Source: Clostridia bacterium | GTDB taxonomy: Bacteria > CBDUZB01 > JAGLHV01 | Assembly (NCBI GenBank): GCA_030637025.1 | Contig: DAOVVV010000001.1 | Location: 1-50,138, forward strand | DNA length: 50,138 bases | Direction: 5' to 3' | Shown here: piece after piece, positions 17,344 to 27,018 of the stretch | Position numbering within the stretch: position 1 is the stretch's first letter | Layout: the number at the start of each line of letters is the position of its first letter | Notes under the pieces: model-generated | Databases searched by the model: none | Seen by the model: only the letters and a program-made list of their open reading frames with translations | Told to the model about the DNA's origin: nothing | Position numbers and translations under genes: made by a program

Positions 17344-19281
17344 TTAAAACTTAATGCTTTTGTCGATAAATATTTGATGCCAGACCTCTAAAACCAATAA
17401 TGACCAGAGACGATAAGAATGACTAACCTTTCCACTGGAATGCTCCACTAATAATTTTTCAATTGCCTCTTTTTTAAAATACCCCCGTTGGATACTTTTT
17501 GGAGCTAAAAGTGTTTCCGTTAAATAATTTTTTAATTCACCCCTAAACCATTTACCTATCGGCACTCCAAAACCCATTTTTTTCCGATTTAATATCTTAT
17601 TCGGCAAAAATCCTTTCAAAGATTTCTTTAAAATATCTTTGGAGGTTAACCCCTTTATTTTCCACTGATAAGGAAGTGTTGCCGTAAACTCTATAAATTT
17701 ATGGTCCAAAAAAGGAGAACGGGTTTCCATGGAATTTGCCATAGTGGCAATATCCATTTTAACCAATAAATCTTCAGGAAGATAACTGTTTATGTCGGTA
17801 TAAAAAATCTTATCTAAAAAATCAAAAGCATTAGCTCCACTATAAAGCTGAAATAAATATTGGTTTGCATCAAAATCCATGGTCTTTTCAAGCATTTCCT
17901 CTGTATAAAGAGCTTTTTTTTGAGCACTATTAAAAACAGAATGCCACTCAATATTGGGTAAAGGCATAGGTTTATCTGCGGATTGAATAAAACGTTTCAT
18001 CTGTCTTAACCGAGATTTTCTCCCTACAGACTCAGGAAAATGTTTAAACAGATATTTCCACATTGCTTTTCGCAATCCCAAAGGAACTTTTTGAAAAAAT
18101 AAAGCCATCTTATTAGCCCTATACCTGTCATAGCCGCCAAAACTCTCATCCCCTCCATCCCCATTCAAAGCTACTTTTACAAATTTACCGGTTTCTCTGG
18201 CTACATAATAAGATGGAAGACAGGAAGAATCCGCAAAAGGTTCATTATAATGCCAGACAATTCGCGGTAAAACATCCAACATTTCAACTTTTACAATAAA
18301 TTCATGGTGCTGGGTATGAAAAAGATTCGCCACTATTCGTGCATATTTCAATTCACTAAAATCTTCTTCCTGGAAACCAATACTAAAGGTTTTAACCGGT
18401 TTAGAACTAAATTTACTCATCATCCCTACCACTGCCGAAGAATCTATGCCCCCTGAAAGAAAAGCACCCAAAGGAACATCACTAATCATTCTTAAATTCA
18501 CAGCCTCTTCCAATCGGCTATTTATCTGGTTATATATTTCCTGCATTTTAAATTTTGAATTGCTAAAATCCAACTTCTGCCGATAATCGATATCCCAAAA
18601 CTTTGAAATTTTTATTTCCCCTTTCGCATTACAAATTAATATGCTTGCCGGGGGTAATTTTTTAATATTTTTAAATATGGTTAAAGGACTGGGAACATAC
18701 TGATAAGTCATATATAAATCAATTGCTTGCGGGTCTATATTTCTTTCGATTTGATTATTTTCCAGAATAGATTTTATTTCCGAGGAAAAAATTAACCTGT
18801 CGTTTAATAAAGTATACACAAGCGGTTTTTTACCCAACCGGTCCCGGGCCAAAAATAACTGTTTTATTCTTTCATCCCAGATGGAAAAAGCAAACATCCC
18901 TCGCAAGAAATCAACACATTTAACCCCGTAATCTTCATATAAATGAAGAATTACTTCTGTATCCGTTTGGGTATAAAAACAATGCCCTTTTTTTTCTAAT
19001 TCATTCCGTAATCTTTTGAAATTATATATTTCACCGTTAAAGCTAATCCATATTTTTTTATCTTCATTATGAATGGGTTGTTTTCCGCTTTTTAAATCAA
19101 TTATAGACAATCTTCTATGTCCTAAACCTACCCGATATCCGCCATTAGCCATAGGCCAGCCTAAATGTATCCCCTCTTCATCCGGACCGCGGTAATTCAT
19201 AACAGTACACATTCTACTTAAAAGCTCTTTATCTACGCTCTTTTGTGAATTAAATTCAAAAATCCCGCATATTCCACACAT
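17344..19281 (-). CDS. asnB: Asparagine synthase (glutamine-hydrolysing)-family amidotransferase, probably glycan amidation
   Basis: MCGICG N-terminal nucleophile, RGPD, GHRRLSIIDL, FNGEIYNF, RDRLGKKPL, FLSGGIDSS, GDGGDESFGGY, RSPFLD, RKKMGFGVP. Confidence 0.95.
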   Translation of the reverse strand: MCGICGIFEFNSQKSVDKELLSRMCTVMNYRGPDEEGIHLGWPMANGGYRVGLGHRRLSIIDLKSGKQPIHNEDKKIWISFNGEIYNFKRLRNELEKKGHCFYTQTDTEVILHLYEDYGVKCVDFLRGMFAFSIWDERIKQLFLARDRLGKKPLVYTLLNDRLIFSSEIKSILENNQIERNIDPQAIDLYMTYQYVPSPLTIFKNIKKLPPASILICNAKGEIKISKFWDIDYRQKLDFSNSKFKMQEIYNQINSRLEEAVNLRMISDVPLGAFLSGGIDSSAVVGMMSKFSSKPVKTFSIGFQEEDFSELKYARIVANLFHTQHHEFIVKVEMLDVLPRIVWHYNEPFADSSCLPSYYVARETGKFVKVALNGDGGDESFGGYDRYRANKMALFFQKVPLGLRKAMWKYLFKHFPESVGRKSRLRQMKRFIQSADKPMPLPNIEWHSVFNSAQKKALYTEEMLEKTMDFDANQYLFQLYSGANAFDFLDKIFYTDINSYLPEDLLVKMDIATMANSMETRSPFLDHKFIEFTATLPYQWKIKGLTSKDILKKSLKGFLPNKILNRKKMGFGVPIGKWFRGELKNYLTETLLAPKSIQRGYFKKEAIEKLLVEHSSGKVSHSYRLWSLLVLEVWHQIFIDKSIKF

Positions 19282-19304
19282 ATAGAATATCCTCCAGAAA
19301 CTAC

Positions 19305-19339
19305 AGTTATTAGTTACTCGTTATGAGTTATAAGTTAAA
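19305..19339. repeat. 7-nt-period array (AGTTAnn)x5
   Basis: AGTTATT-AGTTACT-CGTTATG-AGTTATA-AGTTAAA immediately upstream of the asnB RBS. Confidence 0.8.
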
Positions 19340-19359
19340 GACAAAAATAAATACCCAAT

Positions 19360-19636
19360 ACTAAATCCAAAATCCTAAACCCTCCTTACAGACTGGAGAA
19401 CAGGCAAATTCAAAATTACCGCCTTACAGATTGGCGGACTGTCGCTTTGCTCCAGCAAAACAAAAAAAATGAAGGTAAAATATGTTTTGAACGATATAGC
19501 AAATTTTAGCAAAAACAAGCGTTAAAAAAATAAGCCTGTCTGAGCAAAGCGAGTTGCTTATTTTTAGCTTGTTTTTGCGTGCCCAAAGGGTAAAATTATG
19601 CGTCCAGAGAAAAACATATTTTTCCTTTATTTTCCC
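19360..19636 (+). repeat. Composite structured repeat, copy 3 (168-nt rod core at 19466-19633)
   Basis: Core aligns without gaps to 218-385 (offset 19248). The left flank carries AAATCC heptamers and two CCKCCTTACA mini-hairpins. Confidence 0.95.
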
Positions 19637-19641
19637 CGTCC

Positions 19642-19667
19642 GGGTGAACACAGGGGTTCACCCCTAC
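19642..19667 (-). repeat. GTAG-type REP palindrome (second sequence class)
   Basis: Minus strand reads GTAG-GGGTGAAC-CCCTGT-GTTCACCC with a perfect 8-bp stem. Confidence 0.8.
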
Positions 19668-19699
19668 AATAACATCTCCATGTTTAACTGTTTTTTCAA

Positions 19700-19835
19700 A
19701 ATCCCAATTCCCAATCTCAAAATCCCAAATTTTTTAACTCATATGTCTCTGTTGTCTTTATTCTGTTGTCTTTATTCCGTTGTCTATGGACTATGAACTG
19801 TCGACTATGGACTATCTGTTATCTTTTAACCGTCT
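19700..19835. repeat. 7-nt-period arrays (AATCCCA-type and CTGTTGT/CTATGGA-type)
   Basis: AATCCCA-ATTCCCA-ATCTCAA-AATCCCA (19700-19727); nine in-phase units from 19749: CTGTTGT-CTTTATT-CTGTTGT-CTTTATT-CCGTTGT-CTATGGA-CTATGAA-CTGTCGA-CTATGGA. Confidence 0.85.
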
Positions 19836-20936
19836 TTATAACTTATCCTTAATTAAGTCCTCATATATCTTTTGTGTTTGGTTAATCATTTTATCCATAC
19901 TAAATAGTTTAATTACCCTCTTCCGACCCTCCTCCCCCATTTTAACTCTCTCTTCCCGATGATTAAACATCCACACAATATTTTCTGCGAAAGCTAACCA
20001 ATCACCGGAAGGAACTAATTTTCCGGTAGTCCCATCTAAAACAACTTCTGCTACCCCACCTACTTCAGTAGCTACCACAGGTTTCTCCATAGCCATTGCC
20101 TCAAGAATCGCTTGTGGTAAACTTTCTTCTTTTGAAGGTAAAAAAAACAAATCAAACGAAGAAAGCACTGCAGGAAGGATATCTTCAGGAACCCTGCAAC
20201 CGGTTAAGAAAAAATTTTTATCCAGGGATAACTTTTTAATTTTTTCTTCCAATCTTTTTTTTAAAGGACCATCCCCCACTACTAAAAATTTTATTTCCGG
20301 TATTTTTTCTCTTACCTTTAATACAATCTCAGGTATATAATCTGCACCTTTCTCCTGATGCAATCTTAAAATGCTTCCCACAACAAAATCTTTAGAACCT
20401 AACCCCCATTTTTCTCTAATTAAATTAACTTTAACCCGGGGATTAAATATATTAGTATTTACCCCGTTATAAACCACATGAATTTTTCTGTTATCTACTT
20501 TCTCCCTACGGGATAAAATAGTTTTAGCAACTTCAGAATTAGTAATAATACAATCTATAAAACACGCAGTAAACCTATCAAGCCAAACATGATAAAATTT
20601 TTTCCAATTATCTATTGACTGTTGACTGGAAATAATTATAGGTAAAGAAGCTATCTTTCCTATCACCCGTCCTAAAATATTTGCTCTATACAGATGAGTA
20701 TGCAAAATATCTATTTTCCGGATTTTGATGAACCGATAAATCTTATATAAAGAATTTAATTTATATACTTTAATTCCTAATTCTTCTAATTCTTTTCCGA
20801 TTAGCCCCTTTTCCTTTATATATCCCACTAAAACATTAAATTTGCTCTTTTGTTCTTTAATAAGGGTTAACAAATACTTTTCCGTACCCCCCACATTCAA
20901 ACTGGTAATTAAATGCAAAACATTTATTTGTTTCAT
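19836..20936 (-). CDS. Glycosyltransferase family 4
   Basis: HLITSLNVGGTE, LHTHLYRAN, PSKEESLPQAILEAMAMEKPVVAT. ATG at 20936 is preferred over the GTG at 20945. Confidence 0.92.
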   Translation of the reverse strand: MKQINVLHLITSLNVGGTEKYLLTLIKEQKSKFNVLVGYIKEKGLIGKELEELGIKVYKLNSLYKIYRFIKIRKIDILHTHLYRANILGRVIGKIASLPIIISSQQSIDNWKKFYHVWLDRFTACFIDCIITNSEVAKTILSRREKVDNRKIHVVYNGVNTNIFNPRVKVNLIREKWGLGSKDFVVGSILRLHQEKGADYIPEIVLKVREKIPEIKFLVVGDGPLKKRLEEKIKKLSLDKNFFLTGCRVPEDILPAVLSSFDLFFLPSKEESLPQAILEAMAMEKPVVATEVGGVAEVVLDGTTGKLVPSGDWLAFAENIVWMFNHREERVKMGEEGRKRVIKLFSMDKMINQTQKIYEDLIKDKL

Positions 20937-21048
20937 TGTAAACACTCATCATAATTTTTACTGTTCATTTATTATCTTCTCAAAAAAACCGGAATCTCTT
21001 TTTTTTAACACTTAATTTATTAACTCAACTTCTGTCTTTCTATTTTAT

Positions 21049-21996
21049 TTAAACAATAGTTCTCCAATAATTTAAAATGTCCTTTAAAGTTTTTTTCATA
21101 TCAATAACCGGTTTCCACCCCGTATCTTTCCTGAGTTTTGAATAATCTCCGATTTGCAACGGCAGATCATATCCCTGTTTTTTATTCCTTTGCTGTTTTA
21201 TTTTTATCTTCACTTTGCTCATACCCGTTAATCTATCCAAAATATCCTGAATATTATATCCTTTACCCGAACAAACATTATACGCTTCTCCTATTCGGCC
21301 TTTTTTAACACAAAGATAATAAGCTTTAACAACATCCCTTGTATCAGTAAAATCCCGAATCGATTTTGTATTACCAACACATAATATTGGTTTTTTATAC
21401 CCTTTTTCTATTTCAGCAATTTGTTTTGCCAAACTGGAACAAACAAAAAAAGGATTCTCGCGTGGAGCAGTATTATTAAAAGTACGAGTTCTGATTATCT
21501 TAAGATTATAAGTTTCATAATATTGAAAAGCAATCATATCCTGTGCCGTTTTACTAACACCGTATGGAGTACACGGATTAAGATTGTTTTCTTCTTTTAT
21601 GGGATTTTTTTTCGAGGAAACCAATCCATATTCAGCACTGGAACAGGTTACCAAAATCAACGGATTTATATTATTAATTCTCACCGCTTCAAAAACATTT
21701 ATCATCCCTAAAATATTTGTTTGATACATATTTTCTAAAAAGTTTTTTCGGAAAGAATTATAAGTAATTCCCGCAAGATGAAAAACAAAATCAGGTTTAA
21801 TCTCACCTATGATTTTTGTAAGCATCTTCTTGTTTTTGATATCACATTTCTGCAATTTTATTTTATTTACAATACTTTTTATATTATGATTATTAATATT
21901 AATATCAACACCAAACACCTTATATCCCTTATTTATTAATAATTCTGCAAGATAACTTCCGGCAAGGCCGGTAATTCCTGAAATAAAAGCTTTCAA
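21049..21996 (-). CDS. GDP-4-keto-6-deoxyhexose reductase (Rmd-like) / GMD-family extended SDR
   Basis: GITGLAG, SSAEYG, PYGVSK (YxxxK), AKQIAEIE...VGN...RDFTDTRDVVKAY; TTG start with GAGG RBS. Confidence 0.75.
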   Translation of the reverse strand: MKAFISGITGLAGSYLAELLINKGYKVFGVDININNHNIKSIVNKIKLQKCDIKNKKMLTKIIGEIKPDFVFHLAGITYNSFRKNFLENMYQTNILGMINVFEAVRINNINPLILVTCSSAEYGLVSSKKNPIKEENNLNPCTPYGVSKTAQDMIAFQYYETYNLKIIRTRTFNNTAPRENPFFVCSSLAKQIAEIEKGYKKPILCVGNTKSIRDFTDTRDVVKAYYLCVKKGRIGEAYNVCSGKGYNIQDILDRLTGMSKVKIKIKQQRNKKQGYDLPLQIGDYSKLRKDTGWKPVIDMKKTLKDILNYWRTIV

Positions 21997-21997
21997 T

Positions 21998-22708
21998 TTA
22001 GACCTCTTTTATAAAAAGATTTTTATTCTTTTTAAATTCCTTTATTGCCGCTTCATAATCCTGCGGCATTCCTATATCCAGCCAGAAATCTTTACAAGGA
22101 TAGCTTATTACTTTTTCTTTATTTGATATTAATGTTTTAATTAGTTCCGGAAAGTCCATTTTTTTATCTTTTGAAATATACTTTAATACTGCCGGTTCAA
22201 AAATGTATATACCCATACTTACCTGATATTTATTTATTGGTTTCTCTATATAATTTTTAATTTCACCATTCTCAGCAACTTTAAGAACACCCAGTTCTAT
22301 CTTGTATTCACGATTATATGTTCCTACCGTAACAAGCGGAGAATTAAGTTTGTGATATTTAATTAATTTTAAATAATCCAAAGTCGTTAAAAGATCTCCG
22401 TTCAAAACCATAAAGGTTTCGTCCAAACCTTTAATTAAAGAAAGAGGCCCTGCCGTACCCAAAGGTTCGTTTTCTTTTGAGTAACTGATTTTTACTTTAT
22501 ATTTTTCACCATTCCCTAAAAAAGCCATGATTAATTCCCCTAAATGACCGACAGCTATCGTAATGTCTGTTATTCCATAATGCCTCAATTGTTTTACTAT
22601 AATTTCTATTATTGGTATATCATCAATAGGCATCAATGGCTTTGGAAAAATCGTAGTATACGGAGTCAATCTCTTCCCCTTACCACCGGCTAAAATTACT
22701 GCTCTCAT
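21998..22708 (-). CDS. Sugar-1-phosphate nucleotidyltransferase (NTP_transferase; PtmE/WcbM-like, no CBS domains)
   Basis: ILAGGKGKRLTPYT..PKPL, EPLGTAGPL, NGDLLT, GIYIF, WLDIG. Confidence 0.88.
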   Translation of the reverse strand: MRAVILAGGKGKRLTPYTTIFPKPLMPIDDIPIIEIIVKQLRHYGITDITIAVGHLGELIMAFLGNGEKYKVKISYSKENEPLGTAGPLSLIKGLDETFMVLNGDLLTTLDYLKLIKYHKLNSPLVTVGTYNREYKIELGVLKVAENGEIKNYIEKPINKYQVSMGIYIFEPAVLKYISKDKKMDFPELIKTLISNKEKVISYPCKDFWLDIGMPQDYEAAIKEFKKNKNLFIKEV

Positions 22709-22731
22709 AATTCATCCCCTCCTGAAATATT

Positions 22732-23721
22732 TCAAATATTATAAATATTCGTTTTATATAATTTAATATTTTTCTCAATCCATTTAATTGTCTTCTTTAA
22801 TCCCTCATCTATTGTTACCTTTGGGCTCCAATTAACCAATTCTTTCGCTTTTGAATTATTCGCAATTAATCTTCCTACTTCACTTTTTTTAGGCCTGATT
22901 CTTTTTTTATCAAAGGTTATTTTCAATTTCTTTCCGATTAAAGAACTAATTTTTCTCACCAAACTTTCAATAGAAATTTCAAAATTTGACCCTATATTAA
23001 TCACTTCTCCTATAGACTTGTGTACTTGAGCTGCTTTAATAAAACTTTCAACTGTATCACTCACATATGTAAAATCTCTAGTTGGATACAAAGAACCAAG
23101 AAAAATTTCTTTTTTTGTTAACATCTGTGTAATTATTGTAGGAATAATCGCTCTTGCTGATTGCCTCGGACCATAAGTATTGAAAGGCCTGATAGTTGTT
23201 ATTGGTAAATTAAACGAACAATAGAAACTCTCTGCCAGTTTATCCGCTGCAATTTTAGTTGCTGAATAAGGGGATTGTCCTTGTAAAGGATGTTTCTCAT
23301 CTATAGGGCTATATTGTGCGGTTCCATATACTTCACTGGTAGAAGTATGAATTATTCTCTCGATATTCATATCTTTTGCTGCAGTAAGAATATTTAACGT
23401 TCCCATAATATTGGTCTGGACTACCTCTCGGGGATGGACATAAGAATAAGGAATATCGATCAAAGCTCCCAAATGAAATATTATGTCTCTGTCTTTTACT
23501 ACTTCTCTAATCGTTTCAGGATCTCTTAAATCTCCCGTAACCACAGTTATTTTTGTTTTAATCTTATTCGGTAAAATCTCGATCAATCCATAATCATTAC
23601 GGGAATTATACCTGACTAATGCACGCACATCTACGCCGAGTTTTACTAATTTCTCTACCAGATGACTACCAATAAAACCACCCGCACCTGTTACCAATAC
23701 TTTCTTTTTAGTCCAATCCAT
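22732..23721 (-). CDS. NDP-HexNAc 4,6-dehydratase, LegB-like extended SDR
   Basis: GAGGFIGSHL, VRYNSRN, LGALIDIPYSY..P, TSTSEVYGTA, QGQSPYSATK, RPFNTYGPRQSARA, RPKKSEV. Confidence 0.85.
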   Translation of the reverse strand: MDWTKKKVLVTGAGGFIGSHLVEKLVKLGVDVRALVRYNSRNDYGLIEILPNKIKTKITVVTGDLRDPETIREVVKDRDIIFHLGALIDIPYSYVHPREVVQTNIMGTLNILTAAKDMNIERIIHTSTSEVYGTAQYSPIDEKHPLQGQSPYSATKIAADKLAESFYCSFNLPITTIRPFNTYGPRQSARAIIPTIITQMLTKKEIFLGSLYPTRDFTYVSDTVESFIKAAQVHKSIGEVINIGSNFEISIESLVRKISSLIGKKLKITFDKKRIRPKKSEVGRLIANNSKAKELVNWSPKVTIDEGLKKTIKWIEKNIKLYKTNIYNI

Positions 23722-23780
23722 TTTATTCTCCTTTAATCTCTCAAGTCAATTTATTTATTAATTCACTTATAAAATAGTTC

Positions 23781-24713
23781 TCATTTATTCCCTACAGCGT
23801 ATAAACTGATCCGGTATTTTATTTTCCTCTTCAGCCAGCCGGAACTTAATAAACTCATTATAAAAAAAAGATACCATGATAAACAGCCGGGATAATTAAA
23901 AAATGCTTTAAAAAACTCCCCTTTTGCTTTATAAAAATCCTGATGCGAAAAATAATACCGGGATAATTCATAATGCAAGCGGGACAAACACTGGCCACGA
24001 ACTTTCCTGATATGACAATGAATTTCTTTATTTAAAAAAATTTTATCATAAACTGTTCTTATACTTAAAGAGGTACAAAGACTATCCTCATTTTTTCTAT
24101 AGAGAGTTAATTCTTTACTGATGGAATAAAATTTATGATTAACAGCTAATTTAATCCAGAGAAAAAAATCTTCCGACCCCCTGATTTTTTTATCATCATC
24201 AAGCAATCCTACCCCAAAAAGAGCCTTTTTTTTAACCATTACACTGGAATTCGTAATAAAGTTTCCTTTCTTTAGTAAAGAAAGCAGGACATTTTCCTTT
24301 AGCAATCCCCCTTTTCTTCTTCTTAAAACATTTCCTCTTTTATCAATAATTTTTATACCGGTAAAGATCAAATCTACTTTCGGAAACCTATCAAAAATTT
24401 CTATTTGTTTAACCAGCTTATCTTTTGTCCATTTATCATCACTATCCAGAAAAGCAATATACTCTCCTGTTGCTTCCCGTATTCCTTTATTTCTTGCCTT
24501 AGCAGGCAACCCGGTATTTCCCTGATAAAAATATTTTATTTCACAACCAAAAGAAGCAATTAATTCTCTCGTATTATCTGTTGAGCCGTCATCCACAACA
24601 ATAATTTCAAAGTTATGATAAGTCTGATTTAAAACAGAATTTATAGTATCTCCGATTAAATCCGCCCGATTATAAGTAGGAATAACTACACTAACCTTTG
24701 GGTTTATATCCAT
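23781..24713 (-). CDS. Glycosyltransferase family 2
   Basis: VSVVIPTYNR, VVDDGSTD, ARNKG, AFLDSDD, SEDFFLW. Confidence 0.93.
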   Translation of the reverse strand: MDINPKVSVVIPTYNRADLIGDTINSVLNQTYHNFEIIVVDDGSTDNTRELIASFGCEIKYFYQGNTGLPAKARNKGIREATGEYIAFLDSDDKWTKDKLVKQIEIFDRFPKVDLIFTGIKIIDKRGNVLRRRKGGLLKENVLLSLLKKGNFITNSSVMVKKKALFGVGLLDDDKKIRGSEDFFLWIKLAVNHKFYSISKELTLYRKNEDSLCTSLSIRTVYDKIFLNKEIHCHIRKVRGQCLSRLHYELSRYYFSHQDFYKAKGEFFKAFFNYPGCLSWYLFFIMSLLSSGWLKRKIKYRISLYAVGNK

Positions 24714-25391
24714 TTAGTTAAACTCTCCAATAACCGTACAGGGCATACTATCAACCCCTTCTACAAACAAAGGAATAGCAAAAACCCTTTCTAACCCCTT
24801 TAAATTTTCAGACAAATTCATATCTTCAATCAATAAAACAGGCGAACTTTTATATTCTTCTTTACAAAAAAATATTTTATGTGTCTGGGATCCTAATTTG
24901 CGATGTTGACAGGAAGAAACCGATATTGTATCAACACCGATTGCCCGAATATTTTTATAATCAGAACGAATTAATCTTGCTGCATCCGGAGAAATTACCG
25001 GATTGGAAAATTTATAGTCTCGAGTTTCTCTATACCGGGAAAATCCGGTACGAATTAACAATAAGTCACATTTTTCCAGATAATATTTATTCTTTTGGAA
25101 AATATCAGGCATTATTAATTCATTACTTTCTGTCAAACACTCCAAAACATAAGGAAAATTAAAAATAAATTCTTCTATACCATATTCCCCAATAGATTTT
25201 CCCTTATTATCAAAATGTTTAGGAGCATCAATATGTGTCCCGGTGTGATTCAAAAAACTAACTATCGCCGTATTACAACTGTCCTTTCGGTCTATCTGCT
25301 TTTCCTGTTTTATTTGAAACGGGAAACCATTCCCATAAACAGGCGTATTAACATGCAAAGGATAAGAAAGTAATTTATATTTTTTCTCCAT
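24714..25391 (-). CDS. Cyclase-family (kynurenine formamidase-like) metal-dependent hydrolase
   Basis: HTGTHIDAPKHF (HxGTHxDxPxH), LLIRTG, IGVDTIS, IEDM, DSMPC. Confidence 0.85.
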   Translation of the reverse strand: MEKKYKLLSYPLHVNTPVYGNGFPFQIKQEKQIDRKDSCNTAIVSFLNHTGTHIDAPKHFDNKGKSIGEYGIEEFIFNFPYVLECLTESNELIMPDIFQKNKYYLEKCDLLLIRTGFSRYRETRDYKFSNPVISPDAARLIRSDYKNIRAIGVDTISVSSCQHRKLGSQTHKIFFCKEEYKSSPVLLIEDMNLSENLKGLERVFAIPLFVEGVDSMPCTVIGEFN

Positions 25392-26037
25392 TGCTTATCT
25401 CCTTTAAATATTGCTCTAAACCAAACAAATTCTTAATTATTCTTTTTACCGTAAGTTTAATAAAAGGATTAATATTTTTATCTCTAACACGGCCGATAAA
25501 TTCTACACCGTTATTTGTTGCTCCCTCGTAATCATTAATAGCATCACCAATAAATAAAACCTCTTCCGGCCTAAGTTTATAATCCCGTAATACCTTTGCA
25601 ACTAAAGTTGTTTTATCTTCCGGTGAACCATAAATATTAACAAAAAAACCGGATAATTTTCGTTCTTTAACAATAGAACTCATCTCTTCCTGGGGAGTTC
25701 CGGAAACAACAAAAAAAAGATACTCTTTATGATATTTATTCAATAATTCATAAGATCCTGCAACAAAAGGACAGTCCAAAACCGACTGATATACATATTC
25801 GGAAAATTTTTTATTTAGCAATTCCATTTCAGCAGGTGAAAGCGGTTTTTTTATTATACTCTTATAAATTATTTTAAACTTTTCAAAACGCGACATCCCT
25901 CCGTTATCTATATGTAATTTCACAATCTGCTCTACATATTCAGGATAATCACTAAATAAATCAGCAAAAGCTTTAGTCTTAATATCCATAGATTCTAAAA
26001 TTACCCCATCAAAATCAAAAAGTATTGCTTTTATCAT
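25375..26037 (-). CDS. HAD-superfamily phosphatase
   Basis: FDFDGVI motif I, VSGTP, GSP..K, FIGDAINDY. Confidence 0.9.
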   Translation of the reverse strand: MIKAILFDFDGVILESMDIKTKAFADLFSDYPEYVEQIVKLHIDNGGMSRFEKFKIIYKSIIKKPLSPAEMELLNKKFSEYVYQSVLDCPFVAGSYELLNKYHKEYLFFVVSGTPQEEMSSIVKERKLSGFFVNIYGSPEDKTTLVAKVLRDYKLRPEEVLFIGDAINDYEGATNNGVEFIGRVRDKNINPFIKLTVKRIIKNLFGLEQYLKEISNGEKI

Positions 26038-26074
26038 AAATAATCCGCCAAATCCCTTTCAATATTTATTTTTT

Positions 26075-26989
26075 TTATTTCTTCTTGGCTTTGGAAGAGT
26101 TACAAATCTCTTTATAAAGTTCTTCCAAATAACTAAGTAATCCTTCTCCCAGATCCAGGTAATATTGGCTGATAAATTTTTTGGCTATTTGAGGGCTAAA
26201 TGAATAGGGAGTAATTTGATAATGTAATTCCGCATCATAACGATAATCTTTATTACCTATTGGTTTATACTCAACTCGTATGCGATTTCCCATTATTTCT
26301 TTAATCATTATCAATAAATTTTTTACTTTCATAGGGTGATGCCCTGTAATAATTACACATTGGTTTTCATATTTTTTATCTAAAATTTCTATACTACACC
26401 GGGCAGCATCTTTTACGTGTATATACTCCCTAATTTCTTCTCCATCACCATAACGGTTAATTTTCTTTTCTTTTAGTGCTTGTTTTAAGATTTGACACAT
26501 CCAGTTCCCCTTACCGGCTCTGGGGCCATAAAGAGAGCCATATCTTAATATAGTAAAATTTAATCCATACATTTTATTATAATTTTCAATGATTAATTCA
26601 GCAGATTGCTTACTACTGCGATAAAAAGACCCTGCTTTGCTATAAACATAAAGAGAACTGGCAAAAACAAATCTTTTTACTTTTTTTTTCGATGCTATAT
26701 CTAAAAGAATAGTGTTTCCTAATATATTGTTTTTTACTGTTTCCACAGGATATTTTTTAGCCTGGTCAATATCGGCAATACCGGCAAAATTATAAACTAC
26801 TTTGCAATGATCCATTGCTCTTTCTACTTTTTTTTGATCTAAAATATCACCTATAATCATTTTTTGGTTATTTTTTAAATAAGGAGAAAGCTTTAAATCA
26901 TAAACAACTACTTCATATCCATAATCTGTTAAAATATCTGCAACATAACTTCCTAAAAAACCAGCCCCTCCAAAAACAACTGCTTTCAT
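26075..26989 (-). CDS. NAD-dependent epimerase/dehydratase (extended SDR)
   Basis: GGAGFLGS, ASSLYVY, FYRSSK (YxxxK), LRYGSLYGPR, REYIHVKDAA. Confidence 0.88.
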   Translation of the reverse strand: MKAVVFGGAGFLGSYVADILTDYGYEVVVYDLKLSPYLKNNQKMIIGDILDQKKVERAMDHCKVVYNFAGIADIDQAKKYPVETVKNNILGNTILLDIASKKKVKRFVFASSLYVYSKAGSFYRSSKQSAELIIENYNKMYGLNFTILRYGSLYGPRAGKGNWMCQILKQALKEKKINRYGDGEEIREYIHVKDAARCSIEILDKKYENQCVIITGHHPMKVKNLLIMIKEIMGNRIRVEYKPIGNKDYRYDAELHYQITPYSFSPQIAKKFISQYYLDLGEGLLSYLEELYKEICNSSKAKKK

Positions 26990-27018
26990 AAAAATCCTCC
27001 TTTTAATATATGTTCATA

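Noticed and set aside
19749-19835. CRISPR array
   Set aside because: Units are 7 nt and contiguous with no unique spacers; no cas genes in the window.
19424-19962. ORFs 19424-19651 (-), 19554-19796 (+) and 19780-19962 (+)
   Set aside because: They run through the repeat mosaic; the substitution pattern among copies tracks base pairing rather than codons, and the peptides are repeat translations (e.g. SMDYELSTMDY).
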